59,361 nucleotides of DNA. Origin: a virus. The notes under the pieces were generated by a model. The model made no database searches. It saw only the letters and a list, made by a program, of their open reading frames with translations, and was not told the origin of the DNA. Shown piece after piece: positions 1-8,285 of this stretch. Positions within the stretch are counted from its first letter, which is position 1. Each line of letters opens with the position of its first letter. The DNA lies in UHGV virus genome UHGV-0259576. One strand, given 5' to 3'. Both the position numbers and the translations under genes were made by a program.

Positions 1-272
1 CGATCACCGTTAAATTTTGCCCGGCGACTAATTCCGGCCCGGCGTTTATGCGCGCTTATTCCTGGCTGTTCCCGCGCGGAATTAAAGTAAATTATTCCCC
101 CCGTGTGGCGGATGGTTCCGATATTCAGGCAAATGCTCGCTATGCCGCCGGAATTATGCTTGACCAGATTAACGAGTCCTGTAAAGAGCACAGCGATATG
201 CGCGGTTATAAACTGGCGGATTATGTCCAGCTGTATAACGGGGATCGCCTTTTTGTTCTCATTCCGGGTTAA
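1..272 (+). CDS. hypothetical early protein, C-terminal part; 5' end lies in ORF 59094..59361 if the genome is circular
   Basis: Frame is open from nt 2 to the stop at 272. No SD precedes the internal ATG at 48. Reading 59094..59361 across the junction continues in the same frame. Confidence 0.4.
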   Translation, partial: ITVKFCPATNSGPAFMRAYSWLFPRGIKVNYSPRVADGSDIQANARYAAGIMLDQINESCKEHSDMRGYKLADYVQLYNGDRLFVLIPG

Positions 273-282
273 CGGGGGAGCT

Positions 283-480
283 ATGCTGGTCATTATGTTT
301 ATCGGCTATTTCATTATCGGCGTTTATATCGGGGCGGATATCCGCCGCGTTTTAAAGCGTTGCCGCATTGAACGCCGCCCGTGTTTTGGTCGTATGACTA
401 TTTATTTGCGTGAACGTAAGACCGGACGTCTGATCGGCTGTTCCAATAATATTTTTACTTTGATTTTGCAAGCCGCATAA
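283..480 (+). CDS. small hydrophobic protein (65 aa)
   Basis: ATG preceded by GGGGGAG SD. Hydrophobic N-terminal segment MLVIMFIGYFIIGVYIG. The ORF track's longer version starts in upstream out-of-frame junk. Confidence 0.4.
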   Translation: MLVIMFIGYFIIGVYIGADIRRVLKRCRIERRPCFGRMTIYLRERKTGRLIGCSNNIFTLILQAA

Positions 481-491
481 GGGGAATAAAA

Positions 492-1115
492 ATGCGTACA
501 TTAAACGTTTTCACATTTAACGAATTATCTGACGCCGCAAAAGAAAAAGCCGTTGAATGTTTCCGCTCTTACCGTAGCGGCTATGACTTCGACTATTCAG
601 AATATAAAGCCAGTCTGGAAGCATTTGCGGAGGATATCGGGATCACTATCAAAGATTGGTCCTACGGCCTGGACGGTTGCACGGTTAGATTCGATTTTGG
701 CGACCAGGAGGGACTGGATACAATGACGGGCGCGCGGGCTTACACGTGGATCGTGAATAATGTAAAAGGATTGCGCCCCGGTCCGCGGGTTTACACCATA
801 TCACGGGAAGTAAATCGACACGGCTTTACCCGTAATGAAAGGATCGTAAAACGTGTAAGCGGCGTTTATCGTGCGGATGATTGCTGCAATTATACCGGCG
901 TGTTTTGTGACGAAAATTTAATGCAGCCATTCCGCGAATTCCTGTCAAAGCCGGATAACCGCACTATTGCGGACCTGATAAATGAGGCTATCGATAGCTA
1001 TTGCAGCTCTTTACAGGCGGATCTTGAGTATCAGGAAAGCGATGAATTCCTAACCGAAGAATTGGTCAACGGTGATACACCTGAATTTTTCGAAAACGGC
1101 ACAATTTACGCATAA
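492..1115 (+). CDS. hypothetical early protein (207 aa)
   Basis: ORF with AAGGGGA SD 7 nt upstream. Tightly packed with neighbouring same-strand genes. Confidence 0.6.
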   Translation: MRTLNVFTFNELSDAAKEKAVECFRSYRSGYDFDYSEYKASLEAFAEDIGITIKDWSYGLDGCTVRFDFGDQEGLDTMTGARAYTWIVNNVKGLRPGPRVYTISREVNRHGFTRNERIVKRVSGVYRADDCCNYTGVFCDENLMQPFREFLSKPDNRTIADLINEAIDSYCSSLQADLEYQESDEFLTEELVNGDTPEFFENGTIYA

Positions 1116-1126
1116 GGGGGTTTATC

Positions 1127-1756
1127 ATGTTTACCGTTAATTACGAAAACGCCGCTACTTATAAAACGATGTTTATCGCCGCTTGCCATTGCAACGTTGA
1201 CCAGTGGCGACAATTGTTAGCCCTGGCGGATGATAAAGCCGCGTTTTATTGCCACCGTACAACGCAATCTAACGACACGGGGATCATTGTTCGCCTTGAT
1301 CCTATTGGCGACGATATCGGCGACACGTTAGCCGCCGCCGGGATTGATGACGAATTGATCGAGCTATTGACCGATATCCGCGAAAACGGACTTGACGCCG
1401 TACATTTTGACGCGGACGCCGATTTGCTCGCGTATAAACCCTGGTACACGGACGACGGCGCGAAGGTTATCCCGCTGGCGTATGAGCTGGACTATGTGAG
1501 CTATTACGATTTAACGCCAGAACAGCGGGAACAGGTATATCAGGATCGCGACGGTACCGGCGACGAATATATCGAAAACGAATATTTTGACCTGAGCGGC
1601 CAGGTTTATTGTATGGCGGATTTTATGCGCATAGGTGACGGCGGAATGGCTGATTATGGTTTCATCGGTGTAATGGGTGAACCCAATACATCGGCGCTAT
1701 ATATCTCATTATCCGATAATAGCGATTTTGTGAACGTTGTACGCGTGATCGGATAA
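1127..1756 (+). CDS. very acidic hypothetical early protein (209 aa)
   Basis: AAGGGGG SD. Translation is rich in D/E throughout (DDIGDTLAAAGIDDELIELLTDIREN...). Confidence 0.6.
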   Translation: MFTVNYENAATYKTMFIAACHCNVDQWRQLLALADDKAAFYCHRTTQSNDTGIIVRLDPIGDDIGDTLAAAGIDDELIELLTDIRENGLDAVHFDADADLLAYKPWYTDDGAKVIPLAYELDYVSYYDLTPEQREQVYQDRDGTGDEYIENEYFDLSGQVYCMADFMRIGDGGMADYGFIGVMGEPNTSALYISLSDNSDFVNVVRVIG

Positions 1757-1765
1757 GGGGGCGCT

Positions 1766-2092
1766 ATGTCAATTTTAATCACCATCGATTCAATTAGCCG
1801 CCGCGATGACTTGACGACGTTTCCACGGGTGACGCTTAAACCCTGGAATGGCGCCTACACCGTATCGCAGCTGTTACAAAAGGCCGCTAACGTATACAAG
1901 GTCCGCAACGGCTTAAAGGGCGCTGTACGCTTTGACGCGCTGGACTTTCCGAAGAGGATATCTTACGCCGGGGTGCCTGTTTTCGTGGTAGTGGGACGCG
2001 TTATGGCGGAACGTCGTCATTATGTCAAAGATATATCCGGCGTGGTCGAGGTGCGGATCAGCGGCATAATTCCGGAGGACTTGAGATCATGA
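1766..2092 (+). CDS. hypothetical protein (108 aa)
   Basis: AAGGGGG SD. Stop overlaps the next start (ATGA). Confidence 0.55.
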   Translation: MSILITIDSISRRDDLTTFPRVTLKPWNGAYTVSQLLQKAANVYKVRNGLKGAVRFDALDFPKRISYAGVPVFVVVGRVMAERRHYVKDISGVVEVRISGIIPEDLRS

Positions 2093-2301
2093 ATAGTGAC
2101 GCAAAAAAGGCCGTCGTAAAGTTCTCCGCGTGCGGCCTTATCGCTGGCTTTACCGTGATCGCCATTATCGCGGGCGACGGGGGCGGCCTGTTCCGCCCGA
2201 TACTTTACACCGTGGCTGGAGGGGTATGCTGTGGGCTGATATGGCCCACACAGGACCAGGGCGACGCCCTGCTGGACTGGATCAAAGAAGGGCGGCGATA
2301 A
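2089..2301 (+). CDS. small membrane protein (70 aa, 2 predicted TM)
   Basis: GGAGGA SD. Hydrophobic stretches LIAGFTVIAIIAG and VAGGVCCGLIW. Confidence 0.5.
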   Translation: MNSDAKKAVVKFSACGLIAGFTVIAIIAGDGGGLFRPILYTVAGGVCCGLIWPTQDQGDALLDWIKEGRR

Positions 2302-2345
2302 GCCGCCTTTCTTATTGGCGCTGATACCCGAACCGCGAAAACCGG

Positions 2346-2448
2346 GGTGACGCGGACAGCAAAAATGAAATAAATCCGGCTAAGGGGGTTGCACTCGTTA
2401 CGTGTGCATATTATGTTTATCGGACCCGGCGGGGAAACGCAGACAACA
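2346..2448 (+). repeat. copy 1 of duplicated ~100-bp promoter/leader block (second copy 58696..58798)
   Basis: Near-identical to 58696..58798: GGGGTGACGCGGA(C/A)AGCAAAAATGAAATAAATCCGG...GGGGTTGCAC...GTGCATATTATGTTTATCGGACCCGGCGGGGAAACGCAGACAAC. Confidence 0.75.
2389..2417 (+). promoter_or_regulatory. sigma70-like early promoter (TTGCAC-N17-TATGTT) with AT-rich upstream element and TGCAC-N9-GTGCA dyad
   Basis: -35 TTGCAC at 2389-2394, 17-nt spacer, -10 TATGTT at 2412-2417. Upstream AAAAATGAAATAAAT. Dyad TGCACtcgttacgtGTGCA overlaps the spacer. Identical architecture at 58740-58768. Confidence 0.5.
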
Positions 2449-2464
2449 ACAAACGAGGTTCAAA

Positions 2465-3280
2465 ATGACACACGACGAAATCACCGCAAAAATCAACGCT
2501 TTCACCCTGAAAGATGGCGTAAAGGTTAATTATAACTTTGACCAGTACGGATCCACGCAAGTCGAATTCCGCGAAGAAGGCGGCTCTCTCATCTGGCGCG
2601 GCTGGTCCTTTGAGGCGGATTTTGCTTTCTACCTGGATCGCGAGCTGGACCGCTACGGCGTGAGCAAATCAGCGGAGGAAATCGCAGAACAAGCCGCCGC
2701 CGCCCGCGCCAGCCGTTTACGTAATGACGCGATTTTTTGCCAGGACAACGGATTTGAAGCGCTTATATATTCCGAGTTCACCCGCGAAGAGATAGACGCG
2801 GAGATCGCCGCGATGAATCGTGACCTGGCCGCCGTGGAGGCGTATTGCGTCGCTGATAACCGCCGCCCGTCTCACGTACACCGCGCGGACTACGCAACGG
2901 ACGCCGAATACAGCGCCGCGAAGGTGGCGTTTTATGCGCATATCCTCCGATCCCTGTGGACGGTACGCGGGAACAGCGTTTACCGTCGCCAGGTAAAGAA
3001 AACCATTAAATCCCTGCGAGACTGGAAAGCGGTTGCACGCAAGGACGCGGACGCCGCCGGGGTGGCGGCGGTATCCGGTAACGCTCTCATGGTTAAACCC
3101 GTAAAAATAACCACGGCGGGCGGGATGACGTTGATCGCCTCGCAAGGCGACATAAAGATTTACCCGGCATTGATGCGCCTTAATGCTCTGTGGGATATGC
3201 GCCACGGCCTGACCCGTGACACTCACTACAACCATTCGCTGCCGTTCCACTGCATCGCGGGGATTGAATATGCGGGCTAA
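2465..3280 (+). CDS. hypothetical early protein (271 aa)
   Basis: First gene after promoter copy 1. AACGAGG SD. Start chosen at the ATG with an SD rather than the upstream in-frame ATG at 2402. Confidence 0.6.
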   Translation: MTHDEITAKINAFTLKDGVKVNYNFDQYGSTQVEFREEGGSLIWRGWSFEADFAFYLDRELDRYGVSKSAEEIAEQAAAARASRLRNDAIFCQDNGFEALIYSEFTREEIDAEIAAMNRDLAAVEAYCVADNRRPSHVHRADYATDAEYSAAKVAFYAHILRSLWTVRGNSVYRRQVKKTIKSLRDWKAVARKDADAAGVAAVSGNALMVKPVKITTAGGMTLIASQGDIKIYPALMRLNALWDMRHGLTRDTHYNHSLPFHCIAGIEYAG

Positions 3281-3521
3281 AGATATGCGACACGCGCAAG
3301 CCCGTTACACCGCGGAAAAATGGTGCGGGCATATCACGGCAAAAGGCTTTAAAGCGGCGGGCGATCTTCGCTTTACGCGGGTGGATGCCGATCTAACGTG
3401 GGATGACAAGGCCCGCGCCTGGTCGGTGACTATCTGGACCACGGAGGGGCGGGACCGTCTCAAAGTGCTTACCATTCGCAAAAATCCGGTTCTACCGGCC
3501 TTGCTTAAATCATTCTTTTAG
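3270..3521 (+). CDS. hypothetical protein (83 aa)
   Basis: ATG with GGGGA upstream. Overlaps the stop of the previous gene. Confidence 0.45.
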   Translation: MRAKDMRHAQARYTAEKWCGHITAKGFKAAGDLRFTRVDADLTWDDKARAWSVTIWTTEGRDRLKVLTIRKNPVLPALLKSFF

Positions 3522-3671
3522 GGGGTATCTATGTTCGCTTTCCGTGATGTTCTGGAAGTCGTTTTCCCGGCGGTAATGTTCGCCGTGGCGGTTGTCATCA
3601 TTTCCAGCGACTACCGTCGCAAACTCCGCGCAAGCGGTCGTAAATTCAAAAAGTAAGAAGGGGGAATTATT

Positions 3672-3878
3672 ATGGCTTCGGTATGGTTTTTAGTGGTGAC
3701 ACTGTGCACCGTTAACCCTGGTGCGCTGGCATCGGATTGTGATGACTACGTGATCGACGGCGATTTGTCGTATACCGACTGCATCCAGTCTATTGCACAA
3801 TTCCCGGAGAAGGCGGCATTGTTCGCTATCAGCTGTAAGCGCGGGGAACCACTGGACGGCGTAGGGGGTGAGGAGTGA
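3672..3878 (+). CDS. small secreted or membrane protein (68 aa) with N-terminal signal-like segment
   Basis: AGAAGGGGGAA SD. N-terminus MASVWFLVVTLCTVNPGALAS resembles a signal peptide. Confidence 0.45.
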   Translation: MASVWFLVVTLCTVNPGALASDCDDYVIDGDLSYTDCIQSIAQFPEKAALFAISCKRGEPLDGVGGEE

Positions 3879-4063
3879 AAAATTTTACAGTGTTACTCCA
3901 GGGCGGAACCACTGGCACAGTCCTTGCCGATAGCGTGGAGGTAGGTGACGTCGTCACCATAACCGGACACGATGAAAACGGCATGGTCTTTACTCTTACT
4001 GGTGTTGTGGAAGAAGTCCTGATAGAACACGACTAGCCGCCTGCCGTATTCCCGCCCCATAAG

Positions 4064-4088
4064 GCCCGCCATTGAGCGGGTCTTTTTA
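4064..4088 (+). terminator. rho-independent terminator closing the rightward early block
   Basis: Stem CCCGC/GCGGG with loop ATTGA, followed by TCTTTTT. Confidence 0.5.
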
Positions 4089-4848
4089 CGTCTGCCTTAT
4101 ACCCGAACCTACGTATCGCAGCCTATCGCCCTGGCCGCTGGCATAGCCCCCGGCGTGACCAGTGGATGAAAGAAGTTGCACTCACCCCGTTTCATAAAAT
4201 ACCCCTTTACGCCGTCCTAACAGCCTTTCTGAAATCCGATTAATTGCACGCGGTGCAGGTGCATCCCTGCCAGGTGGCGAGCGCGTTATATCGTGCTGTG
4301 GGCTTTCGGTATTGCACACGGGGAGTGTGTTATAGGCGCTGCCCTTGTGTGACCGTATCAATGCACCTGATGCATGTTCAATGAGGCCGCTTATCGCAGT
4401 GATCAGGCGTGTTTTTGTGTCGGGGTGGAGGTGTGACCGTGTGACCTGGTGCCGGTATGCCGATTCTGCCGCCGCTACGGGGGCTAGACGGGGCGATCGT
4501 GGGGGTGGTATGTAGGGGTATACCATGATCGAGGTTGCGCCCGTCTGCGTGGCGCTGGCGAAGGAATCCGGATCGAATTCAAAAAGGTACTTCCCGGGGG
4601 TCCTGGCGTGCCGGGGGTGCGCAGCGCGGTGGAAGAAAATGCGGCGAAATCCCCATAGCCCCACTTCGGAAATACATGATTTGCAGGCGTTTTTTCGAGT
4701 TTTGCCCGTAGGGCAGACGTGATTTTGCGTTCCAGGGGTGGTGCCATAAAGGCCGTTTTAGCCCCGCAACCGATTGATTGCATTACGTTTTGGGGTGGTG
4801 CTCTTACAAGGCCGGTTATCGACTTACGACAGCCCGAGTAACAATTTT

Positions 4849-5103
4849 ATTTGTTACCACGTTTGTTACCACGTTTGTTACCTCACTATCTTACTGTATT
4901 TCTTCTACTTTTCTCTTACTAAGACTAAAGGTAACAAATAAAAGCGATATTAAGTATGAAAGGTTTTTAAAGTTGAGTGTATGAGGTACATATTATTATA
5001 CATGTATAGAGTGAACCCCGTTTGTTACCTGCGTTACCTCGTCGTAAACCACTGGTACGCAAGGCAAAAACTCGGTAACAGACCGTGGTACTCGTTTGTT
5101 ACC
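4849..5103. repeat. iteron array (TTTGTTACC, 5 direct + 2 inverted copies) flanking an AT-rich palindromic core; candidate origin of replication
   Basis: Three tandem 12-mers GTTTGTTACCAC at 4849-4884. Inverted GGTAACAAA at 4931-4939. Further direct copies at 5021-5029 and 5095-5103. TGGTAC repeats at 5053-5058 and 5087-5092. AT-rich core 4940-5010 contains the palindrome ATACATGTAT. Confidence 0.5.
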
Positions 5104-5132
5104 AGCCAAAAATCGTGATTTTTTGAAAACCC

Positions 5133-5170
5133 GCAAAAACGGAAAAAGGGGCAAACGCCCCTTCGATTTT
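5133..5170. terminator. bidirectional hairpin terminator downstream of the prim-pol/helicase gene
   Basis: GGGGC-AAAC-GCCCC stem-loop at 5148-5161, flanked by an A-run (5133-5147, a T-run on the minus strand) and TTCGATTTT on the plus strand. Confidence 0.55.
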
Positions 5171-5185
5171 CCCCATTTTTGGAAA

Positions 5186-7777
5186 TTACACCTCGTCATC
5201 GTCTTCATAATCGAACGGATTTTTCGCTTTTCCGATCTTGTTTTCGACGATCTGGTTATGGTCTTTTAGCGTCTTAACGGCCCAAACGGTGTTCAGTTTT
5301 CCGTTCTCTCTTTTGGCCGCTCTAACGTTTCTTCTGGTGAAGCACCGGCCGGTAACGCCATCGATTTTTAGCAGTCCACCCGGCTCAAAACCGAGGTCCA
5401 GGAGAAGGTTTTTTAGTCTGTTCGTCTTCGGCATTTCGACGTCCGGCATCTCCATAAAAGCGTCCTTTAAAGCGGGCGAGAAAATAATGTCTTTGCACAC
5501 GCCTAGTGTCTCGTTCTCCCTGATCATGGTGGCTAACATCTCGCCGACGCCATCGCTGGAAGCCTCCATCATTACCTGGAAAGCACGGGTGTCCTGCGGG
5601 GCATGGCCCTTATGGTTGAAGTCCGGGGAGATCTCCCATTCTAGGAACCATTTCTTAATGGCAGGACCGTGATTTTCGATAGCCCGATAAACGTTAGAGA
5701 AGAACTTCTCGCGTTCCTTAGCCGAACCGTAAACGCGGTCCATGTCCATGTGGTTTTCGGCCTGCGTGGAGACGACCAGGTAGCGGCGCTGGTTCTCGTC
5801 CAGCGGCAGCGCGTTGATGTGGTTGGTGAACATCAATTTCGAGCTGGTATTCACCACGTCACGCGGCTTGACGCCTTTCCCTTCCACCTGGAAGCGGTCG
5901 TTCGAGATAAATTCCTTCTGCTTATCGACGGCGCTGTACCGATCGCCTTTGTCATACACCTCTTCCACGATTTTCAGGATGTGGCCTTCCGCCCAGTCGG
6001 TGAAACGGCCATTCATGACGGAGTTAGAGACGTATCCGATGTTCTGCGCCCCCAGCATTTCGCGCATAAGCACCCCGATCGTGGATTTACCCGAACCGTG
6101 CGCCCCGCGGATGAGCAGCGAATAGTTGATGCGCTTTGTCGGGTGCTGGACGATGTGCGCCAGCCAGTCCATGACGTACGTCCGCTCTTTCGTGTCAGGG
6201 AACAGCACGATAAATAGGTCTTTGACGATAGAAATGGCTTTTTTGTCCAGTTTTGACAGCTTTTCTGCTGCTTTTGGGATGCTTTCAGGCGAAAACGTGT
6301 TCAAACGTAGCAATCCGGAGTCGTCATAGAAGAATTCCGGCCCTAAAAGACCTTCTTTTTGCGTCCATTTCGTCTCCTGCATACCGCCATGCATCTCCGG
6401 ATAGTACATAACGTCGTGAATAATCGGGATTTTTACGACGTCCGTGGCGAACTTATTCGGCGATAAACCGCCTTCCACGTCGCCGATATCACGCCCATGG
6501 GACGAATCAAACGCGCTTTTTGACAGTAAAATCCCGGTTTTACGGCTAACAAAGGCGTCCTGGGCCTGGGCAAAGACGTATTCTTTCAGCCAATTCGGGG
6601 TATCCGCACGGGAAAAGTCGAAACTGAGGTACTCTTTAACGGCTTTGTTAGTCAGCGCGCTTTCGTTCAGGCGTTTGTAGGCTTTCTTGGCCGCGTCAAT
6701 AGTCGGCTGGCGCTCAATGCCGAAAACCCGCAGCTTACGGAAGTCGTCTGCCCAGGCTTTCCAGTCCGCCATGGTGGTGACTTCGTTGAATGCCTCGGTG
6801 AACTCGGAAACCTGTTCCCGGGCTTCCTTCTCTTCGATTTCGTGGACCGTTTTGATGATGGTGCCGATTGTAACCAGCGTCTGGGCATCATGGGTAAAGC
6901 CTTTTTCCCACTTGTACTCGAATTCTGACTCGTCATAGTTATCCGCCTGCATGGACCAGTCGCGGGCGATCTCTTTCGCTTCATCCTGGTCACGGCATGA
7001 CACCTGCAGCGCGGCCATTACCCGGATCCAGTTTTCATAGTTCTCCGGGTCAGGGTATTTCATGACGATATCGCGCAGCTCGTCGTAGGTGCCGTCCCAC
7101 TTGGTGACGGTGGCCATTGCCGCCCAGTCGTCATCGTCCGCTTCGCCTTCCGCCGCCCGTCCGTTAATGGCCCGTGCGACTTTCATCCATCCCTGTTTTT
7201 CGGCATAGGCGTCGAACGCGTCGGCGATATCGCGGGCGATCTCCAGCGTGATTTCAGGCAGGTCCATGGCGGCCGCGCAGTTCACCGGGGTATCATCGGT
7301 GATCCAGGTGTATTCCTTGCGCGTATCCGGGTGGATACCGAAGGCGACGAACTGCTGGCCATCACCCAGGATTTCGACTGCATGGCGCTGTCCGAAGTCA
7401 TCTTCCCAGGTGGCGGACTTGACCTTTTTGAACGGCTCGTCGGTATGGCAAAGCACCAGTTTTTTCGGTTGACGGCCAACACGAACCGGGCCGGCGCCGA
7501 TTTTCTTTTCGACAACGGCCATCATGTGCTTAACCCCGTCTTTGTCGTAGACGTCAATGTCTACCGCGGGGGTGTGCTTGGTCAGGATGCCGATGCCAGA
7601 TGACGCGTATTTCTTCACGAAACCGTTAATCTGGCCACGGGTGTTCTCGATTTTCTGCCAGTCTTCGAACGCAGGCCGTTTTCCTGCTTTTGGCCTGGGC
7701 GAGTCAGGCGGAATGATGGGAACGACGGTGAAGCCGTTTTCCCACAGCGCTATTCCGTATTCGTTCCAGTAGTTCAT
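5186..7777 (-). CDS. bifunctional primase-polymerase (prim-pol N-domain) fused to D5-like SF3 helicase (863 aa); C-terminal acidic tail ...YEDDDEV
   Basis: N-terminal prim-pol signature (VVPIIP...KRPAFEDW...AVDIDVYD...GIHPDTRKEYTW). Walker A GAHGSGKST in the C-terminal half. No competing ORFs over its length. Confidence 0.85.
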   Translation of the reverse strand: MNYWNEYGIALWENGFTVVPIIPPDSPRPKAGKRPAFEDWQKIENTRGQINGFVKKYASSGIGILTKHTPAVDIDVYDKDGVKHMMAVVEKKIGAGPVRVGRQPKKLVLCHTDEPFKKVKSATWEDDFGQRHAVEILGDGQQFVAFGIHPDTRKEYTWITDDTPVNCAAAMDLPEITLEIARDIADAFDAYAEKQGWMKVARAINGRAAEGEADDDDWAAMATVTKWDGTYDELRDIVMKYPDPENYENWIRVMAALQVSCRDQDEAKEIARDWSMQADNYDESEFEYKWEKGFTHDAQTLVTIGTIIKTVHEIEEKEAREQVSEFTEAFNEVTTMADWKAWADDFRKLRVFGIERQPTIDAAKKAYKRLNESALTNKAVKEYLSFDFSRADTPNWLKEYVFAQAQDAFVSRKTGILLSKSAFDSSHGRDIGDVEGGLSPNKFATDVVKIPIIHDVMYYPEMHGGMQETKWTQKEGLLGPEFFYDDSGLLRLNTFSPESIPKAAEKLSKLDKKAISIVKDLFIVLFPDTKERTYVMDWLAHIVQHPTKRINYSLLIRGAHGSGKSTIGVLMREMLGAQNIGYVSNSVMNGRFTDWAEGHILKIVEEVYDKGDRYSAVDKQKEFISNDRFQVEGKGVKPRDVVNTSSKLMFTNHINALPLDENQRRYLVVSTQAENHMDMDRVYGSAKEREKFFSNVYRAIENHGPAIKKWFLEWEISPDFNHKGHAPQDTRAFQVMMEASSDGVGEMLATMIRENETLGVCKDIIFSPALKDAFMEMPDVEMPKTNRLKNLLLDLGFEPGGLLKIDGVTGRCFTRRNVRAAKRENGKLNTVWAVKTLKDHNQIVENKIGKAKNPFDYEDDDEV

Positions 7778-8055
7778 TCAAGAATTTCCCCTGTATCCGG
7801 GTCGATTTTTATCCAGTCCGGGTTAGTGAACCAATGTGGTCGGATGCCAGAAGTTTTAGCGGCCTCACAAATTTTGACGGCCATCTGCCCGGAAACGGTG
7901 TTGCGGATATTCCAGATCATAGTGTCGTAATTTACGCCGGCCGCCTTCGCCAGTTTGGTAAGGTTGCCGTCCGGATCTACCTCCAGGGCAGCGATACCAG
8001 CGAGGTAACGCGGTCTTAGGGAGTGGTCTTTAATAGCCCACGGTGGGAATTTCAT
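7774..8055 (-). CDS. Cro/YdaS-like HTH transcriptional regulator (93 aa)
   Basis: ATG with GAGGA SD. HTH-like segment LTKLAKAAGVNYDTMIWNIRN. First gene of the leftward unit from the divergent control region. The TTG-extended ORF (to 8226) was rejected. Confidence 0.5.
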   Translation of the reverse strand: MKFPPWAIKDHSLRPRYLAGIAALEVDPDGNLTKLAKAAGVNYDTMIWNIRNTVSGQMAVKICEAAKTSGIRPHWFTNPDWIKIDPDTGEILE

Positions 8056-8093
8056 AGATGATCCTCGCGTGTGTGTGCGTGTAAGTAAAACGG

Positions 8094-8122
8094 ATATTAG
8101 TCTCGCGCTGCTACAAAGTAAA
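8094..8122 (-). promoter_or_regulatory. putative leftward promoter for the cro-like/prim-pol unit
   Basis: Minus strand reads TTTACT-N17-TAATAT about 40 nt upstream of the 8055 start. Confidence 0.4.
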
Positions 8123-8207
8123 GAGGGCGATACCCGGCGACCCCCGGTCATTTCACAAAGATCCCAGAAAAAACCAATGGGTGCCGAAAAATATTTTTGC
8201 GAAAGTG

Positions 8208-8236
8208 TTGACACGGGATGCGGCAATGGCCATACT
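8208..8236 (+). promoter_or_regulatory. putative rightward promoter for the replication/structural arm
   Basis: TTGACA at 8208-8213, 17-nt spacer, CATACT at 8231-8236. AT-rich upstream element AAAAATATTTTTG. Sits 50 nt upstream of gene 8286. Confidence 0.5.
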
Positions 8237-8285
8237 CCAAACCGTCAACACGACAAACCCAAATTAACCGAACGAGGATTTAACT

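Noticed and set aside
2130-2324. 64-aa Arg-rich ORF overlapping membrane-protein gene 2089..2301, and similar short overlapping ORFs (2717..3250 minus, 1246..1449 minus)
   Set aside because: Out-of-frame overlaps of better-supported genes. Arg-rich composition, no SD.
4182-4783. Minus-strand ORFs 4182..4664 and 4484..4783 in the large intergenic region
   Set aside because: No ribosome-binding sites. Products are R/P/G-rich junk. The region is better explained as regulatory/ori DNA.
4849-4884. Tandem 12-bp repeats as a CRISPR array
   Set aside because: Repeats are contiguous 12-mers with no spacers. They behave as iterons, not CRISPR repeat-spacer units.
7774-8226. Extended 150-aa version of the Cro-like gene, and the TTG-start 264-aa version of 53558..54352
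   Set aside because: Upstream portions lack an SD and read as junk or begin with TTG. Internal ATGs with strong SDs (8055 and 54325) are preferred. The 54352 start would also overlap the promoter -10.
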